From assembly GCF_036735945.1 (NCBI RefSeq), contig NZ_DAINNI010000020.1, positions 4,705-68,704 of the forward strand: 64,000 bases of DNA. Direction: 5' to 3'. The position numbers and the translations under genes were made by a program. Source of the stretch: Bradyrhizobium sp. GTDB lineage: Bacteria > Pseudomonadota > Alphaproteobacteria > Rhizobiales > Xanthobacteraceae. The notes under the pieces are model-generated. The model saw only the letters and a program-made list of their open reading frames with translations, was not told where the DNA came from and did not search any database. Shown here piece after piece: positions 46,950-55,174 of the stretch (the stretch's first letter is position 1; each line of letters opens with the position of its first letter).

Positions 46950-47812
46950 GGCTGCGATCCGCGATCCATCTGGCCTCCGCGGCGCTGGCGCTCGCGGCGA
47001 CGACGCTCGCGAGCGCGCTGCCCTCCGATGCCGCCGACAAGGTCGACCCCGTCGCCGACGCCAAGGCATTTCAGAAATTCTTCACCGACAAATTCCCGAA
47101 GGTGAAGTTCGAGGATTTCGTCAACGGTCCCTATTCGATGAACGAGGACCTGCACCGGCAGTGGCAGGAGAAGGAGCAGTTTCCGCCCTACGAGTTCGCG
47201 CTCGACATGGGCAAGGAAATGTTCTCCAGGCCGTTCAAGAACGGCAAGACCTATGCCGACTGCTTCCCGAACGGCGGCATCGGCGTCCGCCAGAACTATC
47301 CGTACTTCGACGAGAAGCAAGGCAAGGTCATCACGCTCGAACTGGCGCTGAACCAATGCCGCGAGGCCAATGGCGAACAGCCCTATTCCTACGTCAAGGA
47401 CGAGATGGCGGCCTTGACCGCCTACATGGCCTTCACCTCGCGCGGCAAGCTGATGGACATCAAGATCCCGAACGATCCGCGCGCGCTCGACGCCTACGAG
47501 AAGGGCAAGGAATATTTCTACACCCGGCGCGGCCAGCTCAATTTCTCCTGCGCCACCTGCCATGTGCAGAGCCCGGGCGAACGCATCCGCGCCGAAATCC
47601 TGGCGCCGGCGCTCGGCATCCTCAACGCGATGCCGATCTACCGCTCGGAGTGGAGCGGCATGGGCACCACGAGCCGGCGCTTCACCAGTTGCAACAGCCA
47701 GATCCGCGCGGTGCCGCTGAGCCCGCAGGACGACGAATATCGCAACGTCGAATATTATTTGTCCTATGTCAGCAACGGGCTGCCGATTTCGGGCCCGGGA
47801 GCACGGCCATGA
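46946..47812 (+). CDS. soxA: SoxA cytochrome c (monoheme type)
   Basis: Single CATCH, the first heme site degenerate ('ADCFPN'), 'RRGQLNFSC', active-site 'RRFTSCNSQIR'. Confidence 0.92.
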   Translation: MRLRSAIHLASAALALAATTLASALPSDAADKVDPVADAKAFQKFFTDKFPKVKFEDFVNGPYSMNEDLHRQWQEKEQFPPYEFALDMGKEMFSRPFKNGKTYADCFPNGGIGVRQNYPYFDEKQGKVITLELALNQCREANGEQPYSYVKDEMAALTAYMAFTSRGKLMDIKIPNDPRALDAYEKGKEYFYTRRGQLNFSCATCHVQSPGERIRAEILAPALGILNAMPIYRSEWSGMGTTSRRFTSCNSQIRAVPLSPQDDEYRNVEYYLSYVSNGLPISGPGARP

Positions 47813-48126
47813 GGAACATGCTGCCGAAATCCGCATTGATGCTGGCGCTGTTCGCAGCCGGCGCCACGGCGGCGCTCGCCGCGGGCTCCGAGGATGAATT
47901 CAAGGCGGCCTACGCCGCGGCCGACGCCGCCAACAAGGAAGCCGGCAAGCTGCGCAACCAGTGGATCACCACGGCGAATACGCTGGCCGCGGCCAAGAAG
48001 GCGGCCGACGCCGGCGAGTTCGACAAGGCCACCGCGTCGGCGAGGGAAGCCGAGGCGCTGGCCAAGGCTTCGATCTTCCAGGCCACCAGCGAGAAGACTC
48101 GCTGGAGGGAATTGGAAGTTCGATAG
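47809..48126 (+). CDS. soxK: SoxAX-binding protein (SoxK/SAXB-like)
   Basis: ATG overlaps the soxA TGA. Signal peptide and Ala-rich helix 'A..A..EA.KLRNQW.TT...L.AAKKAA.AG.FDKA...A'. Lies between soxA and soxB. Confidence 0.7.
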   Translation: MRNMLPKSALMLALFAAGATAALAAGSEDEFKAAYAAADAANKEAGKLRNQWITTANTLAAAKKAADAGEFDKATASAREAEALAKASIFQATSEKTRWRELEVR

Positions 48127-48152
48127 AGCCGTTGGACGCGCGGAGACCTGCA

Positions 48153-49901
48153 ATGACCATCCGCCGCCGCGATTTCCTGACGCTCGCGGGCGCTGCCGCC
48201 CTGACGGGCGGCCTGCCGCGGCTTGCGCGCGGCGCCGACAATGCGAGCGTCTACGATCTCGAGCGCTTCGGCAATGCGCGCATCCTGCACATCACCGATA
48301 CCCACGCGCAGCTTCGGCCGGTATTCTTCCGCGAGCCAAGCGTCAATCTCGGCATCGGGCCGATGCAGGGCAATCCGCCGCATCTGGTCGGACGCGCCTT
48401 TCTCGATCGTTTCGGCATTCGGCCCGACAGCGCCGATGCCTATGCCTTTACCTGCCTCGAGTTCGAGAAAGCCGCCGGACGGTTCGGCAAGCTCGGCGGC
48501 TTTGCGCATCTGAAGACGCTGATCGACCGCCTGCGCAGCGAGGCCGGCAATGGACGCTCGCTGCTGCTCGATGGCGGCGACCTCTGGCAGGGCACCGGGC
48601 TTGCCAACACCCTGCAGGGTGCCGACATGGTCGAGGCCGCGAACCTGCTCGGCATCGAGGGGATGACCGGCCATTGGGAATTCACCTATGGCGAAAAGGT
48701 GCTGCGCGCCAACCTCGAGCGCTTCAAGGGCGAATTCCTGGCGCAGAACGTCTTCCTTACCGAGGAAGCCGCCTTCAACGACGCCAAGGCGTTCGATCCG
48801 GCCTCGGGGCGCGTGTTCAAGCCGTCCGTCATCAAGGAGATCGGCGGGTACCGCATCGCGGTGATCGGACAGGCGTTCCCTTACGTGCCGATCGCGCATC
48901 CGAAGCGTTTCACGCCGGACTGGAAGTTCGGCATCCGGGATGAGGAACTGCAGAAGCTCGTCGATGCCCATCGCAGTAGCGACAAGGTCGACGCCGTCAT
49001 CCTGCTCTCGCATAACGGCATGGACGTCGACCTCAAGCTCGCCAGCCGCGTCACCGGCATCGACGTCATCCTCGGCGGCCACACCCATGACGCGGTGCCG
49101 CAGCCGATCGCAGTAACCAATGCAGGCGGCGTCACCCTCGTCACCAATGCCGGCTCGAACGGCAAGTTTCTGGCCGTGCTCGATCTCGAGATCGGCAAGG
49201 GCAAGGTTGGCAATGTCCGCTACCGCCTGCTGCCGGTGTTCTCGGAATTGCTGAAGCCCGATCCGGCGATGCAGGCACTGATCGACAAGATCCGAGAGCC
49301 GCAGGCGGCCACGCTCGGCGAGAAGGTCGGCGTCGCCGACCGCCTGCTCTATCGCCGCGGCAATTTCAGCGGCAGCATGGACCAGTTGATCTGCGACGCG
49401 CTGCTCGGCGAATTGAACGCCGAGATCGCCCTGTCGCCGGGCTTCCGCTGGGGCACCACCGCGCTGGCGGGACAGCCGCTGACGGCGGAGGACGTGCTGG
49501 CGCAGACCGCGGTCAGCTATCCCGAGACCTATGTCCAGACCATGACCGGCGGCCAGATCAAGGACGTGCTCGAAGACATCTGCGACAATCTCTTCAATGC
49601 CGATCCCTATTACCAGCAGGGCGGCGACATGGTGCGCGTCGGCGGCCTGCACTACGCCTGCACGCCGGCCGAGTCCGTCGGCAAGCGGATCTCCGACCTG
49701 AAGCTCGCGAACGGGCACGCGCTGCAGGCCGGCAAGCGCTACGAGGTGGCCGGCTGGGCCTCGGTCAACGAGCAGAGCGGCGCGCCGATCTGGGACGTCG
49801 TCACCAGCTATTTGAGGTCGGGCAAGCCGCCCAACCGGGCAGCCCCGGGCGTCACGCTGAAAGGCGTCGAAGGCAATCCGGGCATTGCGGGGCAGCTATG
49901 A
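48153..49901 (+). CDS. soxB: Thiosulfohydrolase SoxB
   Basis: Tat 'RRRDFL', 'LHITDTHAQL.P..FREPS.NLG', 'LLDGGD.WQG', 'GHWEFT', 'LSHNGMD.D', 'GGHTHD', 'SPGFRWG', 'QQGGDMVR'. Confidence 0.95.
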   Translation: MTIRRRDFLTLAGAAALTGGLPRLARGADNASVYDLERFGNARILHITDTHAQLRPVFFREPSVNLGIGPMQGNPPHLVGRAFLDRFGIRPDSADAYAFTCLEFEKAAGRFGKLGGFAHLKTLIDRLRSEAGNGRSLLLDGGDLWQGTGLANTLQGADMVEAANLLGIEGMTGHWEFTYGEKVLRANLERFKGEFLAQNVFLTEEAAFNDAKAFDPASGRVFKPSVIKEIGGYRIAVIGQAFPYVPIAHPKRFTPDWKFGIRDEELQKLVDAHRSSDKVDAVILLSHNGMDVDLKLASRVTGIDVILGGHTHDAVPQPIAVTNAGGVTLVTNAGSNGKFLAVLDLEIGKGKVGNVRYRLLPVFSELLKPDPAMQALIDKIREPQAATLGEKVGVADRLLYRRGNFSGSMDQLICDALLGELNAEIALSPGFRWGTTALAGQPLTAEDVLAQTAVSYPETYVQTMTGGQIKDVLEDICDNLFNADPYYQQGGDMVRVGGLHYACTPAESVGKRISDLKLANGHALQAGKRYEVAGWASVNEQSGAPIWDVVTSYLRSGKPPNRAAPGVTLKGVEGNPGIAGQL

Positions 49902-50359
49902 TGGATTGGTCGGCCATCGCTCGCGCGGCTGTCACTGCGCTCCTGATCGCGGCCGCCGCGCCTGCCGCCCATGCCCAGCAGGCGCCGCTGCAGGACAAGC
50001 CGTTTGCCGAGCACAAGGTCGTGCTGCAGCTCTCCGACAACGACCCGCGCAAGCAGGGCCTCGTGCTCAGCGTCGCCAGCAATCTGATGAAATTCTACGA
50101 TCCGGACAAGGTCGCGATCGAGATCGTGGCGTTCGGCCCCGGCATCGACCTTCTGCGCCCGGAAAACGCCAACCGCAAGATGGTCGAAAGCCTGGTGGCG
50201 CAGGGCGCGCGCTTCGACATCTGCCTCAATACCGTCGACACGCTCGAACGCGAAAGCGGCAGGCGGCCGGAGTTCATCGCCGCGGCGACCCCGGTGCAGG
50301 TCGGCGTCGCGCAAATACTTTTTCTGACGGAGAACGGGTATACGTTGGTAAGACCGTAG
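49898..50359 (+). CDS. DsrE-family protein with signal peptide
   Basis: 'HKVVLQLSD', 'IEIVAFGPGI.LL', 'FDICLNT', C-terminal 'GY..VRP'. Confidence 0.78.
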   Translation: MMDWSAIARAAVTALLIAAAAPAAHAQQAPLQDKPFAEHKVVLQLSDNDPRKQGLVLSVASNLMKFYDPDKVAIEIVAFGPGIDLLRPENANRKMVESLVAQGARFDICLNTVDTLERESGRRPEFIAAATPVQVGVAQILFLTENGYTLVRP

Positions 50360-50414
50360 TTGTTTGTTTCGTTGTTGCGTACGCAGCGTCGCTGCTTATT
50401 TTGGAGATTATGTA

Positions 50415-50861
50415 ATGTTTTATCGTTTCACGGCCATCACCTTCCTGTTTCTCGCTTTCGCATCCAGCGCCCTCGCCGCTGACGTCAAGGCCCATCGCGT
50501 CGCGATCCAGGTCAACCAGAACGATCCGCAGGTGATGAATCTGGCGCTGAACAACGCCAGCAACGTCATCGAATATTACCGCGCCAAGAAGGAAGACGTG
50601 GATGTCGACATCGTGGCTTACGGCCCGGGCCTGCACATGCTGCGCGCCGACAGTTCCCCGGTGAAGGATCGCCTGAAGCGGCTGAAGGAGATGGCTTTTC
50701 CCGGCAAGGTGCAGTTTTCCGCCTGCAACAACACCAAGCAGAACATGGAAAAGGCCGAGGCACGCGAGATCACGATTGTGCCGGACGCCACCATCGTGCC
50801 GTCAGGCGTGGTACAATTGATGGAATTGCAGGAGCAGGGCTGGAGCTACATCCGTCCCTGA
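50415..50861 (+). CDS. DsrE-family protein with signal peptide
   Basis: 'HRVAIQV', 'LALNNASN', 'IVAYGPGLHML', 'FSACNNT', 'VPSGVVQLMELQEQGWSYIRP'. Confidence 0.8.
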   Translation: MFYRFTAITFLFLAFASSALAADVKAHRVAIQVNQNDPQVMNLALNNASNVIEYYRAKKEDVDVDIVAYGPGLHMLRADSSPVKDRLKRLKEMAFPGKVQFSACNNTKQNMEKAEAREITIVPDATIVPSGVVQLMELQEQGWSYIRP

Positions 50862-50883
50862 AAATTCAAGCGGGACTTCAGCC

Positions 50884-51930
50884 ATGATCTTTCGCCAACT
50901 GTTCGACAGCGTCTCCGGCACCTACAGCTATTTGCTGGCCAGCCGTGCCGGCGGCGAAGCGCTGATCCTCGATCCCGTGCTGGAGAAGGCAGACCGCTAT
51001 TGCCAGCTCCTGCGCGAGCTCGATCTGCGGCTGGTCAAGGCGGTCGACACCCATCTGCACGCCGATCATGTCACCGGCCTCGGCGAGCTGCGCGATCGCA
51101 CCCAGTGCATCACCATCATGGGCGAGCAGAGCAAGGCCGACGTGGTTTCGATGCGGGTCTCCGACGGCGACAAGGTGACGGTCGAGGGCGTCAGCCTCGA
51201 CGTCATGTACACGCCGGGCCACACCGACGATTCCTATTCCTACCTGATGGGCGATCGCGTCTTCACCGGCGACACGCTGCTGATCCGCGGCACTGGCCGC
51301 ACCGACTTCCAGAACGGCTCGTCGCGCGCCCAGTATGAGTCGATCTTCAACCGGCTATTGAAGCTGCCGGAAGAAACGCTGGTCTTCCCCGCCCACGACT
51401 ACAAGGGCGACACCGTTTCCACCATCGGCGAGGAGAAGCGCTACAATCCGCGGCTGCAGGTGCGCAATGTCGATGAATATATCGAGCTGATGGCGAACCT
51501 GAAGCTGCCCAATCCGAAGATGATGGATGTGGCCGTGCCGGCCAACATGCATGTCGGCCTGCATCAGGAAGACCTTGCCAAACAGGGCCTCGCGCTCACC
51601 GCGCGCGACGCCATCAACAGCCTCGGCCGGCCCGATATCCTGCTGGTCGATCTGCGCGAGGCCGGCGAGCGCGCCAAGCACGGCACCATCTCGGGCGCGC
51701 TGCATGCGCCCTATCCCGGCATCGCCGAGAGCCTCAAGCCCGGCGGCATGCTGCGCGAAGTCGCCGCCGCCACCGGCCGCCGCGTGGTGTTCTTCTGCGC
51801 GTTCGGCGAGCGCTCGGCGATGGCGGTGGCCGCCGCGAAGAACGCGGGACTCGCCAACACCGCGCATATCGAGGGCGGCATCGATGCGTGGAAGAAGGTC
51901 GGCGGGCCGGTGGTGCGGGAGTCAAAATGA
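50884..51930 (+). CDS. Persulfide dioxygenase (ETHE1-like MBL fold)-rhodanese fusion
   Basis: 'MIFRQLFD..S.TYSY', THLHADH, 'TPGHT', 'GD.LLIRG.GRTDFQ', 'PAHDY'; C-terminal rhodanese 'VDLRE...FCAFGERS...EGGIDAW'. Confidence 0.9.
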   Translation: MIFRQLFDSVSGTYSYLLASRAGGEALILDPVLEKADRYCQLLRELDLRLVKAVDTHLHADHVTGLGELRDRTQCITIMGEQSKADVVSMRVSDGDKVTVEGVSLDVMYTPGHTDDSYSYLMGDRVFTGDTLLIRGTGRTDFQNGSSRAQYESIFNRLLKLPEETLVFPAHDYKGDTVSTIGEEKRYNPRLQVRNVDEYIELMANLKLPNPKMMDVAVPANMHVGLHQEDLAKQGLALTARDAINSLGRPDILLVDLREAGERAKHGTISGALHAPYPGIAESLKPGGMLREVAAATGRRVVFFCAFGERSAMAVAAAKNAGLANTAHIEGGIDAWKKVGGPVVRESK

Positions 51931-51934
51931 TGAC

Positions 51935-52054
51935 GTCGTCCCTGCGAACGCAGGGACCCATACGCTGTGGCGCCGATGATTGAGCACAATGGCTAACGCC
52001 TTACCTTAATTATAACGCCCTGTGGTTATGGGTCCCTGCGTTCGCAGGGACGAC
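51935..52054. repeat. REP-like paired palindrome
   Basis: GTCGTCCCTGCGAACGCAGGGACCCATA ... TATGGGTCCCTGCGTTCGCAGGGACGAC between convergent genes. Confidence 0.85.
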
Positions 52055-52069
52055 ACGGTATTTGCAGCC

Positions 52070-52909
52070 CTACCGCCCCACCCGCTTCAACTCCGCCGTC
52101 AGCGCGTCGAGTGCGTCCGCCAGCATCACGCCGCCGCACTCGGTCATGCGCTCCGGGATCACGATCCGCTTTTCCCGCGGATAGAAGTGCTCCAGCGCCG
52201 GGTGCAGCAGGAACGCCTGGCCGTCGTCCCTTGCGAAGTCGCCGGCCTGCGCCACCACGATGAAGTCCGGCCGCAGATTCACGATCGCCTCCAGCGAGGC
52301 AAATCCGCCGAAGGCAAAACCGAGATCGCCGGCCGCGCTGCGCAGGCCGGTTTCGCCGAGCAGGGAGCCGACAAAACTGTCGCTGCCCGCCACCCAGCCG
52401 CGCCGCGACAGCGGCAGCACCCGAAAATGCCGTTCGGCGACCGCCGCGCGGGCGCGCGCCAGCGCGGCATCGAGCCGCGCGATCTCCTGTCGAGCCCGGT
52501 CGGGATGTCCGATGATGTCACCGGCCTCGCGGATCTGCTGCCGCGCCTCGTCGAGGGTGCGCGGCACAGCGAGCTCGGCAAGGCGCAGCCCGTTGGCCTT
52601 CAGCAGCTCGCGCGTCGCGCGCTTGTCGAAGGCGCTGGCGACGACGATGTCGGGCCTTATCAGGAGCACATCCTCGGCACCGCCGGAGAGAAGCGGGTAG
52701 CGCGAGATGTCGGTCGCAGCCGGGCCCTGCCAGCCGTCGCGCGAGAACTTGCTCAATCCGAGAATCTGCTCGGGGTCCGCCAGCTTCAGCACCAACTGGT
52801 CGGTGCAGACATTCATCGACACCAGGCGCGGCAGATTGGCTGCAGACACGGTGGCACCCGCCGGCACGAGCGCAATCATCGCAGCGAACAATGCGAGCCG
52901 GCGCATCAT
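52070..52909 (-). CDS. btuF: Cobalamin/iron-siderophore ABC substrate-binding protein (BtuF-like)
   Basis: 'RLVSMNVCTDQLV..LAD..QI', 'AEDVL..RPD', 'HPAL'; next to a B12 riboswitch and btuB. Confidence 0.75.
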   Translation of the reverse strand: MMRRLALFAAMIALVPAGATVSAANLPRLVSMNVCTDQLVLKLADPEQILGLSKFSRDGWQGPAATDISRYPLLSGGAEDVLLIRPDIVVASAFDKRATRELLKANGLRLAELAVPRTLDEARQQIREAGDIIGHPDRARQEIARLDAALARARAAVAERHFRVLPLSRRGWVAGSDSFVGSLLGETGLRSAAGDLGFAFGGFASLEAIVNLRPDFIVVAQAGDFARDDGQAFLLHPALEHFYPREKRIVIPERMTECGGVMLADALDALTAELKRVGR

Positions 52910-53688
52910 ATGTCGGCCCAGGGCACGATCACGGCTTCGCGCCGATATTCGGCGCGATAGGCGCTGACCCGGAACACATCCGCCATCACCTGTTCGGACA
53001 GCGCCTCGGCCGGCGTGCCCTGCGATACCAGGCGTCCCTCGCGCAGCACCAGCACATGGTCGGCGAACCGCGCGGCGAGGCCGAGGTCGTGCGTCACCAC
53101 GATGACCAGCACGCCCTTGTCGGCGGTCGCGCGCAAATTCTGCATGACGTCGATCTGGTGCCGCGGATCGAGCGAGGCGGTCGGCTCATCCGCCAGGATC
53201 ACCGGCGCTTCAACCGCCAATGCGCGCGCCAGCGCGACGCGGCTGCGCTCGCCGCCGGACAGTTCCGTGACGCGGCGATCGCCGAATTCCGTTACGTCGA
53301 CCGCCTGCATCGCGCGCAATACCGCGTCCGCATCCTGCGGGGACAGCCGCGCCGGATCGGTCGCGCCATGCGGGTAACGGCCGAGCGCCACGATATCACG
53401 CGCCGGCAGCGGCCAGTGTACCACGTGCCCCTGCGGGAGGTAGCCGAAGCGTTTTGCGCGCTCGCGCAGCGGCAGCGATGACAGCCGCTCGCCGCCGATC
53501 TCGATCTCGCCGTCGGACGGAATCAATCCCGCCAGCGATCGCAACAGCGTGGTCTTGCCGGCGCCGTTCGGCCCGACCAGCGCCACCAGATGCCCCGCCG
53601 CCAGCGCGAGCGAGATGTCTTTCAGCACGACCCGCCCGGCAAGCCGCGCACAAAGCCGTTTCGCCGTCAGCAACCCGCGCTCGCTCAT
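52906..53688 (-). CDS. btuD: Cobalamin/iron ABC ATP-binding protein (BtuD/FecE-like)
   Basis: Start MSERGLL at 53688; GPNGAGKT, LSGGE, DEPTASLD. Confidence 0.78.
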   Translation of the reverse strand: MSERGLLTAKRLCARLAGRVVLKDISLALAAGHLVALVGPNGAGKTTLLRSLAGLIPSDGEIEIGGERLSSLPLRERAKRFGYLPQGHVVHWPLPARDIVALGRYPHGATDPARLSPQDADAVLRAMQAVDVTEFGDRRVTELSGGERSRVALARALAVEAPVILADEPTASLDPRHQIDVMQNLRATADKGVLVIVVTHDLGLAARFADHVLVLREGRLVSQGTPAEALSEQVMADVFRVSAYRAEYRREAVIVPWADI

Positions 53689-54728
53689 GCGACGCCTCCA
53701 CCGAGCGCGCGGCGTTCGCGCATGATCAGATAGAGGAAGAACGGCACGCCGATGATCGAGGTCAGCACGCCGACCTTGATGTCCGACGTCGAGGGAATGA
53801 TACGCACCGCGATATCGGCCATCAGCAACAGCGCGGAGCCGGCGAGCGCACTCGGCACCAGCAGCCGCCCCGGGTCGTGACCGACCACCGGCCGCATCAG
53901 ATGCGGCGCGACCAGGCCGATGAAGCCGATCGTGCCGGTGACCGCGACCGCGCCGCCGACGCCGAGGGCTACGCCCGAGATGACGAACAGCCGCAGGCGG
54001 CCGACATCGATCCCGAGGCTTTGCGCGGTTTCCTCGCCGAGGCTGAGCGCGCGAAAGGCATGGCGCTGGCTGAGCAGCATGGCCGCGCCGGCGATGATGA
54101 AGGGAAACGCCAGCATCACATGCTGGAAGCTGCGGTCCTCCAGCGAGCCGAGCAGCCAGAACGCGATCTCCAGCACCAGAAATGGATTGGCGGCAAGGTT
54201 CATCACCAGCGCGGTGGCCGCGCCGGCGAAGCTCGATATCGCAAGCCCCGACAGGATGAGAATCAGCAGCCCCGCATTGCGCCCGGCAATCGAGAGCAGC
54301 ACGAACACCGAACCGAACGCGGCGATGATCGCCGCGACCGGCAACGCCCAGGAGCGCACATCGGCGAGCCCCAGCGCGATCACCAGCACGGCGCCGAACG
54401 CGGCGGATTGCGGCGCACCGAACAGTTCGGGGGACGCCAGCGGATTGCGCAGCAGGCCCTGCAGCGCGGCGCCCGACAGGCCGAGAATGCCGCCGATCGC
54501 CATCGCCAGCAGCGTCCGCGGCAGGCGGATTTCCCGCACGATCACCTGCGACACCTCGCTGCCGCCGCCGAACAGCGCTTCGGTTACGGCAAGCGGCGAC
54601 AGCCGCACCGGCCCGATGCCGAGCGAAACCAGCATCAGCAGCACCACGAGCGCGCAAAGCGCCGTGATCGCGCCGATCCGCCGGCGCGCCGCGTCCGCGT
54701 TGGTCAGGGTTACGGCTTCAACACTCAT
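53685..54728 (-). CDS. btuC: FecCD/BtuC-family ABC permease
   Basis: 'EIRLPR', 'LQGLLRNPLA.P..FG', 'FWLLGSL', 'LGEETAQSLG', 'G.IGFIGLVAPH'. Start MSVEAV at 54728. Confidence 0.8.
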   Translation of the reverse strand: MSVEAVTLTNADAARRRIGAITALCALVVLLMLVSLGIGPVRLSPLAVTEALFGGGSEVSQVIVREIRLPRTLLAMAIGGILGLSGAALQGLLRNPLASPELFGAPQSAAFGAVLVIALGLADVRSWALPVAAIIAAFGSVFVLLSIAGRNAGLLILILSGLAISSFAGAATALVMNLAANPFLVLEIAFWLLGSLEDRSFQHVMLAFPFIIAGAAMLLSQRHAFRALSLGEETAQSLGIDVGRLRLFVISGVALGVGGAVAVTGTIGFIGLVAPHLMRPVVGHDPGRLLVPSALAGSALLLMADIAVRIIPSTSDIKVGVLTSIIGVPFFLYLIMRERRALGGGVA

Positions 54729-54841
54729 CGGTCGTCCTAAAGCAGGTTTGCGCGCACCGGTACAGGCGCCCGGGCAGGCCTGTCCATGCGGCAAAAATAG
54801 CGCACTCGTCCAGTGAGGATCGCGCGCCGCTGCGGGGCGGA

Positions 54842-54871
54842 TTGACTCGGCATTTGACAAACTTCTACCAT
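54842..54871 (+). promoter_or_regulatory. Sigma70-like promoter of the riboswitch-btuB transcript
   Basis: TTGACT-N18-TACCAT immediately upstream of the riboswitch. Confidence 0.45.
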
Positions 54872-54877
54872 GATTTC

Positions 54878-55047
54878 CGACGGTTCCCGCTTGGGGATCA
54901 AAAGGGAATGCGGTGCGGGGAAAATCCCCAATTCCGCGGCTGCCCCCGCAACTGTAAGCGGCGAATCCTTTGTCATATGCCACTGGGAATCTCGGTCCTG
55001 GGAAGGCGACGAAGGGTAACGACCCGCGAGCCAGGAGACCTGCCGTC
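54878..55047 (+). ncRNA. Cobalamin (adenosylcobalamin) riboswitch
   Basis: Hallmarks AAAAGGGAATGCGGTG, ATTCCGCGGCTGCCCCCGCAACTGTAA, GCCACTGGG...GGGAAGGC and B12 box GAGCCAGGAGACCTGCCGTC upstream of the TonB receptor. Confidence 0.93.
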
Positions 55048-55174
55048 AGCCGTGGTCACACGCGAAGATGTCGGTCGGGGAGTACAGGCATTAGCTTCAC
55101 CTAAGCTGCTCCAGCACATGGTGAGACTTGGTTCGCTGTGACGTGCCACTGACGTCATACCGAGGTCCAAGTCC

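Noticed and set aside
46789..47808. N-terminal part of the 445-aa ORF
   Set aside because: Alternate frame of soxZ/soxA; only 47809-48126 looks coding.
53689..54657. Apparent 583-aa ABC ATPase suggesting a fusion or frameshift
   Set aside because: The extension is an alternate frame of the permease. The ATPase starts at 53688, overlapping the permease stop.
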